Shown: piece after piece, positions 10,515-20,911 of the stretch
How the letters are laid out: the number at the start of each line of letters is the position of its first letter
How positions within the stretch are numbered: the first letter of the stretch is position 1
Made by a program: the position numbers and the translations under genes
The notes under the pieces: model-generated
Seen by the model: the letters and a program-made list of their open reading frames with translations, nothing else
Told to the model about the DNA's origin: nothing
Database searches by the model: none
IMG/VR virus record: IMGVR_UViG_3300024999_000072
Coordinates: 1-64,000 of that record
DNA from: a virus
Length of the DNA stretch: 64,000 nt
Strand: one strand, 5' to 3'

Positions 10515-10958
10515 GTGGCAAATATCAGAGGGAATAGACAGATAAACGGTTCGTGGGGACAGTTGTGGTGGGATGGCGAATTAGTTTTCGAGGTAGAGTC
10601 TTTTGAGGCAAAGGTAACTGCTAACAGGGAAACTGTGACTATTGGCATGGACGAGGACTCTAAGTTAGTTGGGCTAAAGGGCGAAGGGTCATTCAAAATC
10701 AAAAAGATATTCGGCAGGGGAAAGAAAAAGTTACTCGAAGCGTGGAAAAAGGGCGAAGATCCACGTAGTACGCTAGTTAGCAAAATTAAAGATCCCGATA
10801 CTGTCGGAAATCAATCCGAGCGTGTTTCAATCGATAATGTTTGGTTTGATGAATTGACCTTAACGCAATTCGAACAGGCTAAGAAGTTGGAAGAGGAATA
10901 TAAATTTGGGTTTACTCCGAGCGATGCATCCTTTATGGATACCATTGACGTTCAGTAA
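10515..10958 (+). CDS. tail tube protein (XkdM-like)
   Basis: INGSWGQLWWDG and DPD...ERV motifs; follows the sheath gene. Confidence 0.9.
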   Translation: MANIRGNRQINGSWGQLWWDGELVFEVESFEAKVTANRETVTIGMDEDSKLVGLKGEGSFKIKKIFGRGKKKLLEAWKKGEDPRSTLVSKIKDPDTVGNQSERVSIDNVWFDELTLTQFEQAKKLEEEYKFGFTPSDASFMDTIDVQ

Positions 10959-10982
10959 ATAGGAGAAGGGAATGGGATTACA

Positions 10983-11369
10983 ATGGAAACTAAGGAAATT
11001 AAGAAAAAGCTAACCATCGGCGACCTAATAGCCAATGCCGACAAGATCAAGGGCCTGAAAAACGAAACCAAAGAATTGTACATCAAGTCATTAGATGCCA
11101 CAATAACCATCATGAAGCCAAGTAGACCTACCATCCTGGACAGCAACTGCTTAAGTAAAGAAGATGCAAATCTTTTCTTGGTCTACGAATGTGTTACTGA
11201 ACCAAACTTGAAGGATGCCGCGTTGCAGGCCGCATACGGCGTAACCGGGTATGAGATTGCGGTGGAAATCATGGACCCTGGGGAAATGGATAATGTCGCA
11301 AAGGAAATGATTAAATTCTCCGGCTATGATGCAGGGAGCGTAAGCGTTGTTGAAGACATAAAAAACTAA
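10983..11369 (+). CDS. tail assembly chaperone (XkdN-like)
   Basis: VYECVTEPNLKD motif; ends IKN on a slippery sequence. Confidence 0.85.
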   Translation: METKEIKKKLTIGDLIANADKIKGLKNETKELYIKSLDATITIMKPSRPTILDSNCLSKEDANLFLVYECVTEPNLKDAALQAAYGVTGYEIAVEIMDPGEMDNVAKEMIKFSGYDAGSVSVVEDIKN

Positions 11370-11548
11370 TAAAAGGTAATTCGGAGTTGCGCCTTGTGCA
11401 TTACTACTTGCAAAAAGGTTTCACTCTGGATTACCTTTTGAATTTGTCTGAAAAAGAAAAGATTTACCTTTCAGCTAGTATGAGTCTGGCGTATGAGGAA
11501 AAAGCAGAAGAATGGAATCGTGGTCACTTGGTTTATTTCGGCAAGTGA
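11360..11548 (+). CDS. -1 frameshift extension of the tail chaperone (gpGT-like)
   Basis: Slippery A AAA AAC at 11360-11366; the -1 frame is open as KLIKGNSELRLVHYYLQKG...FGK* up to 11548. Confidence 0.8.
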   Translation, partial: KKLIKGNSELRLVHYYLQKGFTLDYLLNLSEKEKIYLSASMSLAYEEKAEEWNRGHLVYFGK

Positions 11549-11575
11549 CCACGATTCCTTTGAGGCGGTGGTGAT

Positions 11576-13978
11576 GTGGCAGACCATGAAATAGGCGCTA
11601 TCCTGACGCTGCGCGATAACATGAGCGCTACACTCAGAGGGGTGCGCGGGGAACAGGCAGCCTTTAGGCGGGACGCTCAAGAGACTCAGGAAACCATGGG
11701 TAGGCCAATGGAATTCAAGGTACACGCGGCTGAAGCAGCTAGAATGATTGCAGGGATAGGATTAGCTGCAGGGGCGGCGGCATTGGCAGTCGGAGGACTA
11801 GCGCTTAACTTCGGTGATGATCTTAAAAAGTCACTGAACGGGGCTCAGGCGGCAACCGGAGCAACAGATGAAGCTATTGCGGGTATGAAAGATACCATGT
11901 TGGCTATATACAACAACAATTTTGGAGAAAATTTCGCAGAAATAGGTAATGTGATGGGCCTAGTTACCCAGCAAACTGATTTAACTGGTGAAGCATTACA
12001 GAAGATGACCGAGGGCGCGTTTGTTATGCGAGATGCGTTCGAAATGGATGTAGCTGGTTCTGTAGAAACCGCCGGGGTAATGATGAAGAACTTCGGCATT
12101 GACTCAGATCAGGCGTACAATCTTATCGCGCAAGGTGCTCAAAAAGGCCTTAACAAACAAGGTGACCTGCTTGACGTGCTGAAGGAATACGGTCCACATT
12201 TTGCCAAATTAGGGTTTAGCGCAGAAGAATCTATGAATATGTTGGCAAACGGAGCTGCTGGCGGAGTCTTTTCGGTTGACCAACTCGGGGATGTAGTTCA
12301 TGAATTTGGGCGAAAAATGCGTGAGGAAGATCTATCAAAACCACTGCAAGAGCTTGGCTTGAATAGCGAAAAGTATACTGGCATGGTCGCAAAAGGTGGA
12401 GAAACAGCCAAGCAAGCTTTTCAAGAAATTGCAGGAAAAGTAGCGGCAATAGAAGATCCTGTCAAGCGAAATCAAGTAGGTATAGGTATCTTTGGCGACA
12501 TGATGGGTGAGGTAGGCATTGAAGGTGTACTAGCCATGGCTAACACCAAGGGAGCAATAAGCAAAACAACCGATGCCCTCGGAAAAATAAACGCAGTCAA
12601 ATACAATACCTTTGGCGAGGCCATGACGGGCATAAAACGGAATCTTGAAACAGGCATACTGCTCCCGTTAAGCGATAAGGTAATGCCTAAGGTTAATGCG
12701 TTCGCTGGATGGATCACATCGAACATGCCGGTAATAAAAAACGAGATCAGCTACGCAATGGATGTGGCCAGCGAAGCATTCGGTGCAGTTTCCGACACTG
12801 CAAACGCAACCATTATACCTGCATTTAACTTCATATACCAAACAGTATCTGATCATATGCCACAAATCAGGGCAACAACTGAAGTTGCGTTCGACGCTAT
12901 ATCCTCAGCTGGCACGAAGGTTTCCGACACAGTGAAGACGATTGGCAAAGAGTTTTCTGATCACAAAACAGCCATCGAGGTAACAGCTGGCGTTATAACA
13001 GTTTTATTTATTCCTGCTTTGATTGCATCGGGAGTTGAGGCGGTGTTGAGCGGCGCCAAAATAGCTGGCTCATTCGTTGCGTCAATTATAAGCACGGGCG
13101 TAGAATCTGTCATTGCTGGCGTAAGAATGGCAACGGGAGTTATTGCGTCGACCATATCCTACGCAGCCACCGGAATTAAGGCAACGGCATCCATAGCTGG
13201 GATGATCCTAAAGATTGGAATCGCTACAATTAGTTTTGTTGCCCACGGAATTGCAGTGGGAGCAATAAGTGCAGCAACAGGTATAGCCACAGCAGCACAA
13301 TGGGCACTTAACGCAGCCATGAGCGCCAATCCAATCGGTGCAGTAATTTTGCTGATAGTCGGACTGGTGGCCGCAGGAGTTCTGTTGTATAAAAATTGGG
13401 ACACAATAAAAGAAAAGGTTGCCGATGTAGGGACAGCAATCGAAAATGGATTTAAGACTGGCGTCAACGGAGCCATTGGCGTAATTAATGGTTTAATCGA
13501 AGCAATAAGGCATATCCCAGGATTCGGGGACACACCTCTAATCGCCAAGATTGCTATCGAGCAAACAACAACTGAAAAACGTAGTAGCTTTGATGCTATG
13601 AGGGGTATTGATAACAATGCCGGTGGAACGGATAACTTTCGCGGAGGTCTTACATGGGTCGGCGAAGAGGGGCCCGAGATACTCAATCTACCGGGAGGTA
13701 GCCAGATAATACCTAACAATGAGGTATCAAGCTACGTGTCATCACCTCCCCCTTTCGACGGATATATCGAAAAAATTAGTAGAGGTAGTAATCGAATACA
13801 ACCCGCCAGCGATAATCCTTATAATGGCGGTGGCGGCAGTGGATCAACTCCAAGAAGTAGTAAAACAGGCGGTGTAGTTGTCAATATGTACGGTACCACC
13901 ATAAGGGAAGAGGCAGATATAGGAAAGGTCGCAGATGCAATCCTTTTAAAGATCGATGACGCAGCCTCAAATAGTTAA
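11576..13978 (+). CDS. tape measure protein
   Basis: 800 aa, Ala/Gly-rich; AQWALNAAMSANPIG and WVGEEGPE motifs. Confidence 0.92.
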   Translation: MADHEIGAILTLRDNMSATLRGVRGEQAAFRRDAQETQETMGRPMEFKVHAAEAARMIAGIGLAAGAAALAVGGLALNFGDDLKKSLNGAQAATGATDEAIAGMKDTMLAIYNNNFGENFAEIGNVMGLVTQQTDLTGEALQKMTEGAFVMRDAFEMDVAGSVETAGVMMKNFGIDSDQAYNLIAQGAQKGLNKQGDLLDVLKEYGPHFAKLGFSAEESMNMLANGAAGGVFSVDQLGDVVHEFGRKMREEDLSKPLQELGLNSEKYTGMVAKGGETAKQAFQEIAGKVAAIEDPVKRNQVGIGIFGDMMGEVGIEGVLAMANTKGAISKTTDALGKINAVKYNTFGEAMTGIKRNLETGILLPLSDKVMPKVNAFAGWITSNMPVIKNEISYAMDVASEAFGAVSDTANATIIPAFNFIYQTVSDHMPQIRATTEVAFDAISSAGTKVSDTVKTIGKEFSDHKTAIEVTAGVITVLFIPALIASGVEAVLSGAKIAGSFVASIISTGVESVIAGVRMATGVIASTISYAATGIKATASIAGMILKIGIATISFVAHGIAVGAISAATGIATAAQWALNAAMSANPIGAVILLIVGLVAAGVLLYKNWDTIKEKVADVGTAIENGFKTGVNGAIGVINGLIEAIRHIPGFGDTPLIAKIAIEQTTTEKRSSFDAMRGIDNNAGGTDNFRGGLTWVGEEGPEILNLPGGSQIIPNNEVSSYVSSPPPFDGYIEKISRGSNRIQPASDNPYNGGGGSGSTPRSSKTGGVVVNMYGTTIREEADIGKVADAILLKIDDAASNS

Positions 13979-13996
13979 AAAGAGGGGGGAACACCA

Positions 13997-14395
13997 ATGG
14001 AATTTTGGCTAATCCAAGGCACTGAAAAATTACAACTCCCCGTTCCTCCTCCCAAATACGGCATTAAGCGCTCGCAGAATAACAGCACCGTTATCGTCGA
14101 AGGAATCGGAGAAGTAAGTTTCATAGGCAAGCCCAAACTGGCAGAGATACCAACAATCGAATCATTCTTCCCCAAACAAGCCTACAGTTTTTGCCAATAC
14201 AAAACCTTTCCGACACCCAAAGAGTGTACGGGCCTAATTGAAAAATGGATAACAAGCGGGAAACCGATCAGATATTTAGTTACAGATGCCATAAACACTG
14301 AATGCACTATAGAGAGTTTTGAGTATGGCGAGCGCGATGGAACTGGGGACGTGTATTTTAGTCTAACCCTTAAAGAGTACAAGGCGATCACATGA
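13997..14395 (+). CDS. tail tube initiator (XkdP-like, no LysM domain)
   Basis: LQLPVPP, SFFP and GDVYFSLTLKEY motifs. Confidence 0.8.
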   Translation: MEFWLIQGTEKLQLPVPPPKYGIKRSQNNSTVIVEGIGEVSFIGKPKLAEIPTIESFFPKQAYSFCQYKTFPTPKECTGLIEKWITSGKPIRYLVTDAINTECTIESFEYGERDGTGDVYFSLTLKEYKAIT

Positions 14396-15378
14396 TTAAG
14401 CTCTACAGCCTCTACAACGGGGTCACATACGACATAACCAATTTTATTAAGAGCATAAGCAACTCGGGTGATAAAGCACAAGCGGCTCGTAAACTGGACA
14501 TCACGCTTGCCTATCCAATATGGGATCGTAACCAGCCAAGGGCACAAATCGGACCAGGCACAAAGGTCTGGCTACTGTTGGATGGCAAGGAAATATTTCG
14601 AGGGGTAGTTTGGAATAGAGATATTAACTCCTCCAGTGAAGATTTACCATTTGTCGTCTACGACTATTTAATTTATCTCACGAAATCCAAGGTGACCTAC
14701 AATTTTATAAATATCACTCCGGAAGATGCTACCCAAAAGATATGCGCCGAACTCGGAATAGAAACCGGAGACCTTGCCAGCACAGGAATCTCCGTTAATA
14801 GGCTAATCGCTCAGAAAACAGGTTATGAAGCCATCATGGAGATGTACACACAGGCAAGCAAAACGACCGGAAAAAAGTATATCCAGGTCATGGACGGAGT
14901 AAAACTTAGCGTCATTGAAAAGGGTAACGTCGTTGCAGATTATACCTTGAGGTCTCGACTTGATGGCGTAGGAAATAACATGGTAAGCACCAGTTACCGC
15001 GACACAATGGACGGTATGATCAACAAAGTCAAAATCTATGACGACAAGAATAATTACGTCAGTGAAGTTAGTAATGGTTCGATCGATGAGTTTGGTTTAA
15101 TCCAAGACAATTACGTCCAAGAAAAGGACAAGGACAGTAATGTTGTAGCTAATGGGATGTTAACTGGCATACAGCAAGACGTAACAATCCAATCCGTTGG
15201 TAATTGGGCTTGTCGAACTGGATGCGCGGTGAATACCGAAATATTCTACATCGACATTCTGCAAAATGCGGTGATGTTTATTGAGGGAGACGCTCATACA
15301 TGGGAAGTAGGTACCGGGAAATATACGATGTCACTAAACTTAAGCTTTAAAAATGCCATGGACAGCAAGGGGGAATAG
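14392..15378 (+). CDS. baseplate hub (XkdQ/YqbQ-like)
   Basis: SGDKAQAARKL and YDYLIYL motifs; synteny. Confidence 0.85.
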   Translation: MIKLYSLYNGVTYDITNFIKSISNSGDKAQAARKLDITLAYPIWDRNQPRAQIGPGTKVWLLLDGKEIFRGVVWNRDINSSSEDLPFVVYDYLIYLTKSKVTYNFINITPEDATQKICAELGIETGDLASTGISVNRLIAQKTGYEAIMEMYTQASKTTGKKYIQVMDGVKLSVIEKGNVVADYTLRSRLDGVGNNMVSTSYRDTMDGMINKVKIYDDKNNYVSEVSNGSIDEFGLIQDNYVQEKDKDSNVVANGMLTGIQQDVTIQSVGNWACRTGCAVNTEIFYIDILQNAVMFIEGDAHTWEVGTGKYTMSLNLSFKNAMDSKGE

Positions 15379-15381
15379 CAA

Positions 15382-15750
15382 GTGCCAAGGGACCCATACG
15401 TCAGACTCCTAGAACACATGAAAGTGCAAGGGGCAAAGCTTAACACCCCTTATGTCCAAATCGGTATAGTCGTGTCCCCTGATCCGTTAACCATTAAGTT
15501 GGGAGACTTGCAGATCGGCAAGGAAAATCTCTTGGTTGCTGATGACCTGTTGCCGGGCTATGCGCGAAAGATCACTATACCGACAACCCCTGCCACTGGT
15601 GGGACAACAACGGGAAGTATCACGAGCATCGGCATACCGGAGGCTGATCTTACTTTAACAGATGGACTCAAGGCAGATGATATTGTTGCGCTAATACCAA
15701 CATTGGACGGTCAGATTTATATCGTACTAGCAAGGTTGGTTAGACCATGA
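15382..15750 (+). CDS. baseplate spike-associated protein (XkdR/DUF2577-like)
   Basis: IGIVVSPDPLTI and LKADD.V motifs. Confidence 0.8.
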   Translation: MPRDPYVRLLEHMKVQGAKLNTPYVQIGIVVSPDPLTIKLGDLQIGKENLLVADDLLPGYARKITIPTTPATGGTTTGSITSIGIPEADLTLTDGLKADDIVALIPTLDGQIYIVLARLVRP

Positions 15751-16184
15751 GTATATTCCCGTCGGAGAACGTAACCATAAGCACTCTTATCCAGGCCACA
15801 GTGACCGCGTCGACAGAATTACCTTTAGCAAAGGAGTATGCATGGGATTACGACCTTAATGACTTCCTGCTTGTTGACGGTAAAAACGTCATCGTAACGG
15901 GCAAGGAAGCGGTCAAGGTATGGATTTGGAAAGCCCTTCATACCCCGAAAAACAGGTACAGGGCCTATACCAAAACGTACGGTAATGAACTAGAAACATT
16001 AGTCAACTCGGGACTTTCAACCGGGGCCTTGAGATCTGAGCTTGAGCGCTATCTGAAAGAATCTCTTCTAATTAATGCGTATATTACAGGCATCAAAAGC
16101 ATCGAGATAAGTATTGACGGCAGCAAGACTGACGTTAGCTTCACCGCGACAACTGTTTACGGGGATGTGATTATTAGTGTTTAG
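15747..16184 (+). CDS. baseplate protein (XkdS/DUF2634-like)
   Basis: EYAWD, EAVKVWIWKAL.T and YGNE motifs. Confidence 0.85.
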   Translation: MSIFPSENVTISTLIQATVTASTELPLAKEYAWDYDLNDFLLVDGKNVIVTGKEAVKVWIWKALHTPKNRYRAYTKTYGNELETLVNSGLSTGALRSELERYLKESLLINAYITGIKSIEISIDGSKTDVSFTATTVYGDVIISV

Positions 16185-17256
16185 TGAGGGTAGTTTAACA
16201 ATCTTAAACAGAATGCTGGGCAACGTGTCCTCTGACCTAAATAAGTCGGAGGGCAATTTTGTTTATGATTCCCTTTCCCCGGCGAGCATTGAGATTGCCC
16301 AGCAGGGGACAAGCTTAGATGCGGTAGTGAGTAAATTCGACATTGAAAATCTCTCGGGAGATGAACTAGCACTTAGGATCTACCAACGCACGGGCAAGAC
16401 GAGAAATGAAGCAACGTTCGCAACTGCAACCGTTACCATAACTGGAACAGGAACTATTAGTATTGGTGATTTAGTACAAACGCCAGGGGGCATCCGGTTT
16501 AAGTCTTTAGAGCAGAAAGTGATAATTACCACTGCTGACGTTGATGTACAGGCGGTCGTTGCAGGAGCTAGTGGTATGGTCCCGGCAAATCAGATAACTC
16601 AATTTCCTGTCGCAATCGCAGGGTTAATAAGTGTAACCAATGCGGATCTAACGCAAGACGGCTTCGATGCCGAGAGTGACGCATCTCTCTTGCAGAGGTA
16701 CTATGATTATGTTAAAAGTCCTGCAACTGGGGGAAACATAGCTCAATTTGTCAACCTAATAAAGGATTACGATGGCGTGGGCGATGTCAAGGTTTACCCG
16801 ACTTGGGACGGTAATAACACGGTTAAACTTGTGATCATAGACGCTAATAAATTACCTCCTAGCACTGAAGTTGTAGATGGGGCACAGGCATATATGGACC
16901 CATTGGGTGATGGGTGGGGGCAGGGATATGGAGCAGCGCCATATGGGGCGTTTACCACAGTAGAGGGTGCAGCAGAAAAAATTATTACTGTTGGTTTTAC
17001 GGCAACGAAAGACACCAATTATACTGATGAGCAACGGCAAACTAACGTCGAAGCTAGCTTAGTAGCCTATTTTAAGTCTATTGCATTCGTGGAAAGTGCT
17101 GTAAGTTATGCCAAGATCGGAGCCGCAGTGTTGTCCAGCGCTGGAGTATTGGACTATACAGACTTAACGGTAAATACGGGTACCGCAAATATTGCGCTAA
17201 GTTATACGTCAACCTTAACTGAAGCCCCTGTTTTGGGGGTGGTAACCATTGCGTAG
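16177..17256 (+). CDS. baseplate J protein (XkdT-like)
   Basis: GFDAESDASLLQRY and P.WDG..TVK motifs. Confidence 0.9.
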   Translation: MFSEGSLTILNRMLGNVSSDLNKSEGNFVYDSLSPASIEIAQQGTSLDAVVSKFDIENLSGDELALRIYQRTGKTRNEATFATATVTITGTGTISIGDLVQTPGGIRFKSLEQKVIITTADVDVQAVVAGASGMVPANQITQFPVAIAGLISVTNADLTQDGFDAESDASLLQRYYDYVKSPATGGNIAQFVNLIKDYDGVGDVKVYPTWDGNNTVKLVIIDANKLPPSTEVVDGAQAYMDPLGDGWGQGYGAAPYGAFTTVEGAAEKIITVGFTATKDTNYTDEQRQTNVEASLVAYFKSIAFVESAVSYAKIGAAVLSSAGVLDYTDLTVNTGTANIALSYTSTLTEAPVLGVVTIA

Positions 17257-17782
17257 CGATAACCTAAAGAGCTACCTTCCTTCGTTTCTAAGCGCTACTC
17301 AGCTTTTTACAGAGATATTTAATGCCGGAGGTCAAGAGTTAGACGGCATAGATGTTAATATTGCGGATCTAAATGCTCAATTCAACGTCGATACAGCTAC
17401 CTGGGCCTTGGATAAATACGAGAAAGAATTAGGAATAGCAACGGATTACACCAAGGCTCTGGATTACCGGCGGAGTGTCATAAAATCAAAGTGGCGAGGA
17501 ACAGGTAAGTTAGATGCTGCCTTGATAAAAACGGTCTGTGATGCCTTTACCAATGGCGATGTTTCGGTAACATTCGACGGAACAATCCATGTAAAATTCA
17601 ACAGCGTCTTAGGTATTCCGCCGAACATTGATGACCTAGGAGTTGCGGTCGAGCAAATCAAACCAGCATATTTATTGCTGGATTATTTATTTTCATTCCT
17701 TTTGATTAGCGATATTGACCAGATAATGACCATAGATGATCTGCAATTAACTACATTAGATAAGTTCGCTGGAGGTGCATAA
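17249..17782 (+). CDS. baseplate wedge protein (XkdU/YmfQ, DUF2313-like)
   Basis: TATWALDKYEKELGI and IKPAYL motifs. Confidence 0.85.
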   Translation: MRSDNLKSYLPSFLSATQLFTEIFNAGGQELDGIDVNIADLNAQFNVDTATWALDKYEKELGIATDYTKALDYRRSVIKSKWRGTGKLDAALIKTVCDAFTNGDVSVTFDGTIHVKFNSVLGIPPNIDDLGVAVEQIKPAYLLLDYLFSFLLISDIDQIMTIDDLQLTTLDKFAGGA

Positions 17783-19039
17783 ATGTCAAGCGAAACAACA
17801 AATCTTGGTCTACTGAAAAAGGATCCCGCAACGGATGGGGCAGACACCTTTAACATTGAAACGATGTTGAATGAAAACTGGGATAAGATCGATGCAGTAA
17901 CCGGACCGGCAAGCGCCAGTAGTCCAGGGGTAGTAACGATTGGCTCAGGGATTGATGTTGATATAAACGGGGTCATAAGTGTCCCGGGGGTAGATGTGCC
18001 AGTAACCAGTGTCAACGGAGAGACCGGGGCCGTAACTTTAAGCCCTGCTGATGTAGGAGCCGCGACCGTTGCCCAAGGTACCACGGCAGACAACACAGCC
18101 GCCGCCCTTGCTATACATCAGGCGGATTATGCGCAGGATACAGGTGCAGCAAATGCTTATGCGATAACACTTAGCCCTGCTCCTGAAGCCTATTCCATAG
18201 GCAAGATTTATAAGTTCAAGGCCGCAAATGTGAATACAGGAGCATCAACTTTTGCGATAGGTGCGCTGACAGCAACAGCAATAAAAAAGAATGTATCTGT
18301 AGCTTTAGCGGCGGGCGATATTCCCGCAGGTGTAATAATACCTGTAATGTATGATGGGACATACTTCCAGTTGATACCGATGAACCCTATACTACCGTCT
18401 ATCTTTACTGCTCAAGCCGATATTATGTATGCAACTGGGGCAAATGTCCCTGCAAGATTAGCAAAGGGGACAGCAAGTCAACTACTCGCTATGAACGCAG
18501 GTGCTACCGCACCAGAATGGAAAACAGTTAGCTTATCAGATGGTGCATGGGAAAAAATTACGGAAATAACTTTAGTGAGTACAGTAACGCAGGTTGATTT
18601 TGCTAGTTTGGGGCTAGAAAATTATAAGGACTTAAAGATATTATTTAATGCCCAAACATCAAATGTAGTGGTAGCTGATATATCCCTAAAGCTAAACAAC
18701 CAAACAACAGGCTATAACTACTCAATTATTCAATCAAATACTGGCATTACTTGTTGGGGGCAAGAAGCATTTTCAAAGTACCCCCTAACAAAAGCCTCTG
18801 GGAGTAATGATAGTAACTATGGACCTTCCTATGGGGAAATCAATATTTCAAATTACCCAACAACAAGACGTAAATATTTAATGAGTAATCATGTTGGGCG
18901 AGACGGTAATGGGGTGCTTACTCAGTTTAGGGTAAGTGGATCTGTCAGTTTATTGACTGCTATCGATACTATATCACTAGTAATAGATAGTTATGCCTTT
19001 GATATAGGTAGTAGATTCGTTTTATGGGGGGTTAAGTAG
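17783..19039 (+). CDS. tail fibre / receptor-binding protein
   Basis: N-terminal anchor LNENWDKID; VTSVNGETGAV repeat; variable C-terminal domain. Confidence 0.85.
   Translation: MSSETTNLGLLKKDPATDGADTFNIETMLNENWDKIDAVTGPASASSPGVVTIGSGIDVDINGVISVPGVDVPVTSVNGETGAVTLSPADVGAATVAQGTTADNTAAALAIHQADYAQDTGAANAYAITLSPAPEAYSIGKIYKFKAANVNTGASTFAIGALTATAIKKNVSVALAAGDIPAGVIIPVMYDGTYFQLIPMNPILPSIFTAQADIMYATGANVPARLAKGTASQLLAMNAGATAPEWKTVSLSDGAWEKITEITLVSTVTQVDFASLGLENYKDLKILFNAQTSNVVVADISLKLNNQTTGYNYSIIQSNTGITCWGQEAFSKYPLTKASGSNDSNYGPSYGEINISNYPTTRRKYLMSNHVGRDGNGVLTQFRVSGSVSLLTAIDTISLVIDSYAFDIGSRFVLWGVK
18110..18137. other. candidate Xer-like recombination site inside the tail fibre gene
   Basis: CATCA-GGCGGA-TTATG (near-palindromic arms, 6-bp spacer); 14/17 identical copy at 19727-19743. 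Confidence 0.5.
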
Positions 19040-19041
19040 TT

Positions 19042-19497
19042 ATGGCAGATAAGTTAATTATCACTAAGTACGGAGTAATGGAAGTTGACTTTACTCCAGA
19101 AGAAATTGCACAAAGGGAACTAGAAAGAATTAATTCCCTGCCCTCTCTATCAGAAGCCCAACAACAAAAAATCCTAGAATTAAATACAGCTTGCAATCAA
19201 GATATTCTGAATGGATTCTCTTCTTCTTGCGCTGGTGTAGAGCACCAATACAAATTTGACCTAGAGTATCAAGCGAATATGAATCAAAAGGCTACAATGT
19301 TTTTACTGACAAATGCCACAGAAACAAAGTGGCCTACTAAGGATGCAGGTGTGGTCATCCATGGTCGCGAACAGTTCATCCAGCTTTGCGTCGATGCTGA
19401 GACAATCAAAGAGGATAAGATTTATAGGTATTTTGTAATGAAGGCACAAGTGGAGGCGTGTGCAGAGATTGAAGATGTCGAAGCGTTTGTGTGGTGA
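19042..19497 (+). CDS. tail fibre assembly protein (DUF4376-like)
   Basis: KILELNTACNQDILNGF motif; C-terminal W; follows the fibre gene. Confidence 0.7.
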   Translation: MADKLIITKYGVMEVDFTPEEIAQRELERINSLPSLSEAQQQKILELNTACNQDILNGFSSSCAGVEHQYKFDLEYQANMNQKATMFLLTNATETKWPTKDAGVVIHGREQFIQLCVDAETIKEDKIYRYFVMKAQVEACAEIEDVEAFVW

Positions 19498-19502
19498 GAT
19501 GA

Positions 19503-19718
19503 GTGAAAAAATATATTTGGAATTTACTTATCGCAATCGATCAACTTGTTAACACCATTCTAGGTGGTGATCCAGATGAAACAATGAGCTCAAGAATGGG
19601 TAAGCATCTAGTCAAGAAAGATAGTTTTTTATGTAAGATTATCTGTAAGTTATTAAATTTGATCGACAAGAATCACTGCGTTGATGCAATCGAAAAGGAC
19701 GAGGGATTACCAATGTAG
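19503..19718 (+). CDS. conserved small phage protein
   Basis: NLLIAIDQLVNTILGGDPDETMSSR...NHC motif, common after tail fibre genes. Confidence 0.75.
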   Translation: MKKYIWNLLIAIDQLVNTILGGDPDETMSSRMGKHLVKKDSFLCKIICKLLNLIDKNHCVDAIEKDEGLPM

Positions 19719-19726
19719 TTATTACG

Positions 19727-20226
19727 CAGTAGGTGGATTATGCATGTTGATTGTCGATAGAATTTCTTATTCTATAGGATTATCAAAACGACTCTACGCC
19801 GAAACGGCTTCAGGGGTTTGGGTTGGTAGTAGGCGTCAAGCAAAATCATTTAGTGGGCATATTTTAGGTACAATAATGACACTGGCATTAGGTATGATGG
19901 GTGGAGCTGTAAAAGTTGGTATACTTAGTAAATCTGGACGAGACAAGATAATCCCAAAAGGGTTAATATTCGGTATATCGTTTGGAGCTATAATAACAGG
20001 TTTAACAAGCGGATTCGCTATGAATAAGGTTAAACCTAAAGACGCAAACAGTAATCTTTCTTATGTTGCTGCTAGTGGTATATATGGAATAGTAACAGCT
20101 TTACTAATTTCTAAACTTGGGGATGATTCTTTATTTGACGCCAAGCCTCAAAACGATTACATTAAACCAACTATACCAACAGGCGAAGAAAAGAAGCAAA
20201 ATGTTATTGGAGTAGTTGCTAAATAA
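19727..20226 (+). pseudogene. probably 5'-truncated multi-TM membrane protein gene (host-like)
   Basis: Hydrophobic ORF whose plausible coding part starts at the repeat site CAGTAGGTGGATTATGC; it could be translated from the ATG at 19744. Confidence 0.45.
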
Positions 20227-20250
20227 TCAGATACTAAGAGTCAAAAAATA

Positions 20251-20273
20251 AAGGCACCCTTCGGGGTGTTTTT
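20251..20273 (+). terminator. intrinsic terminator
   Basis: GGCACCC-TTCG-GGGTGTT followed by a T run. Confidence 0.8.
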
Positions 20274-20404
20274 CCTTTGCCTAAAGCTTGTTTTTATGGC
20301 GCAGTATCAAATACTAAGCCTCGAAAATGCACTTTAACCCTTGGTATCACTGGTTTGTAGATATACAGTAGGTTTGACGCATTATGTTTAGTAGCATATG
20401 CAAG

Positions 20405-20439
20405 AAATCGACCCCCTGATTAAGCCAGGGGGTCGATTT
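20405..20439 (-). terminator. terminator hairpin for the 20464-20811 moron
   Basis: 14-bp inverted repeat AAATCGACCCCCTG/CAGGGGGTCGATTT. Confidence 0.7.
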
Positions 20440-20463
20440 AATAATGAGAGGTGAAGGAAAATT

Positions 20464-20811
20464 TCAATTCGCTTTATTATTGGTTTCTTGATTGGCGTTG
20501 CTATTGGTAAGCTCTTTGATTACCTCTATGGCACATATAAAGGCAGATAGAGATAGGGCGAAGAGAATGGTTGTTGCAATAATTACCGACATATATAAAA
20601 ACGATTCGGGAGAAACATAGCCGTTAATTATCAATAGCGTCAACAACAGAGCTGTTGGAAAGCTAAAATAAAACTCTCTCTTGACTCTATCTATGTATTC
20701 CTTTGATGTATTCCCACTGGTACTCTCATCACCTTTAAAGATATACTGTAACCATTTTGCAAGATATGTAGCAATAATTCCGGAAACAATGCCGACGGTT
20801 AAATCATTCAA
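20464..20811 (-). CDS. membrane protein moron (3 TM)
   Basis: AT-rich and hydrophobic; has its own promoter and terminator. Confidence 0.7.
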   Translation of the reverse strand: MNDLTVGIVSGIIATYLAKWLQYIFKGDESTSGNTSKEYIDRVKREFYFSFPTALLLTLLIINGYVSPESFLYMSVIIATTILFALSLSAFICAIEVIKELTNSNANQETNNKAN

Positions 20812-20857
20812 AATATTTCCCCCTACTTTCGTTAAGGATAGTCAGAGATAAATTCTA

Positions 20858-20882
20858 ATTCGACACAAAGGAGGAAAACCCT
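20858..20882 (-). promoter_or_regulatory. sigma-H-like promoter with overlapping Spo0A box
   Basis: AGGGTTTTCCTCCTTTGTGTCGAAT; TGTCGAA matches the 0A box. Confidence 0.65.
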
Positions 20883-20911
20883 GTAAATAAAAAGAAACGC
20901 CCCAAAAGGCG

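Noticed and set aside
17783-19039. Diversity-generating retroelement targeting the tail fibre
   Set aside because: No reverse transcriptase and no TR/VR repeat pair seen in the window
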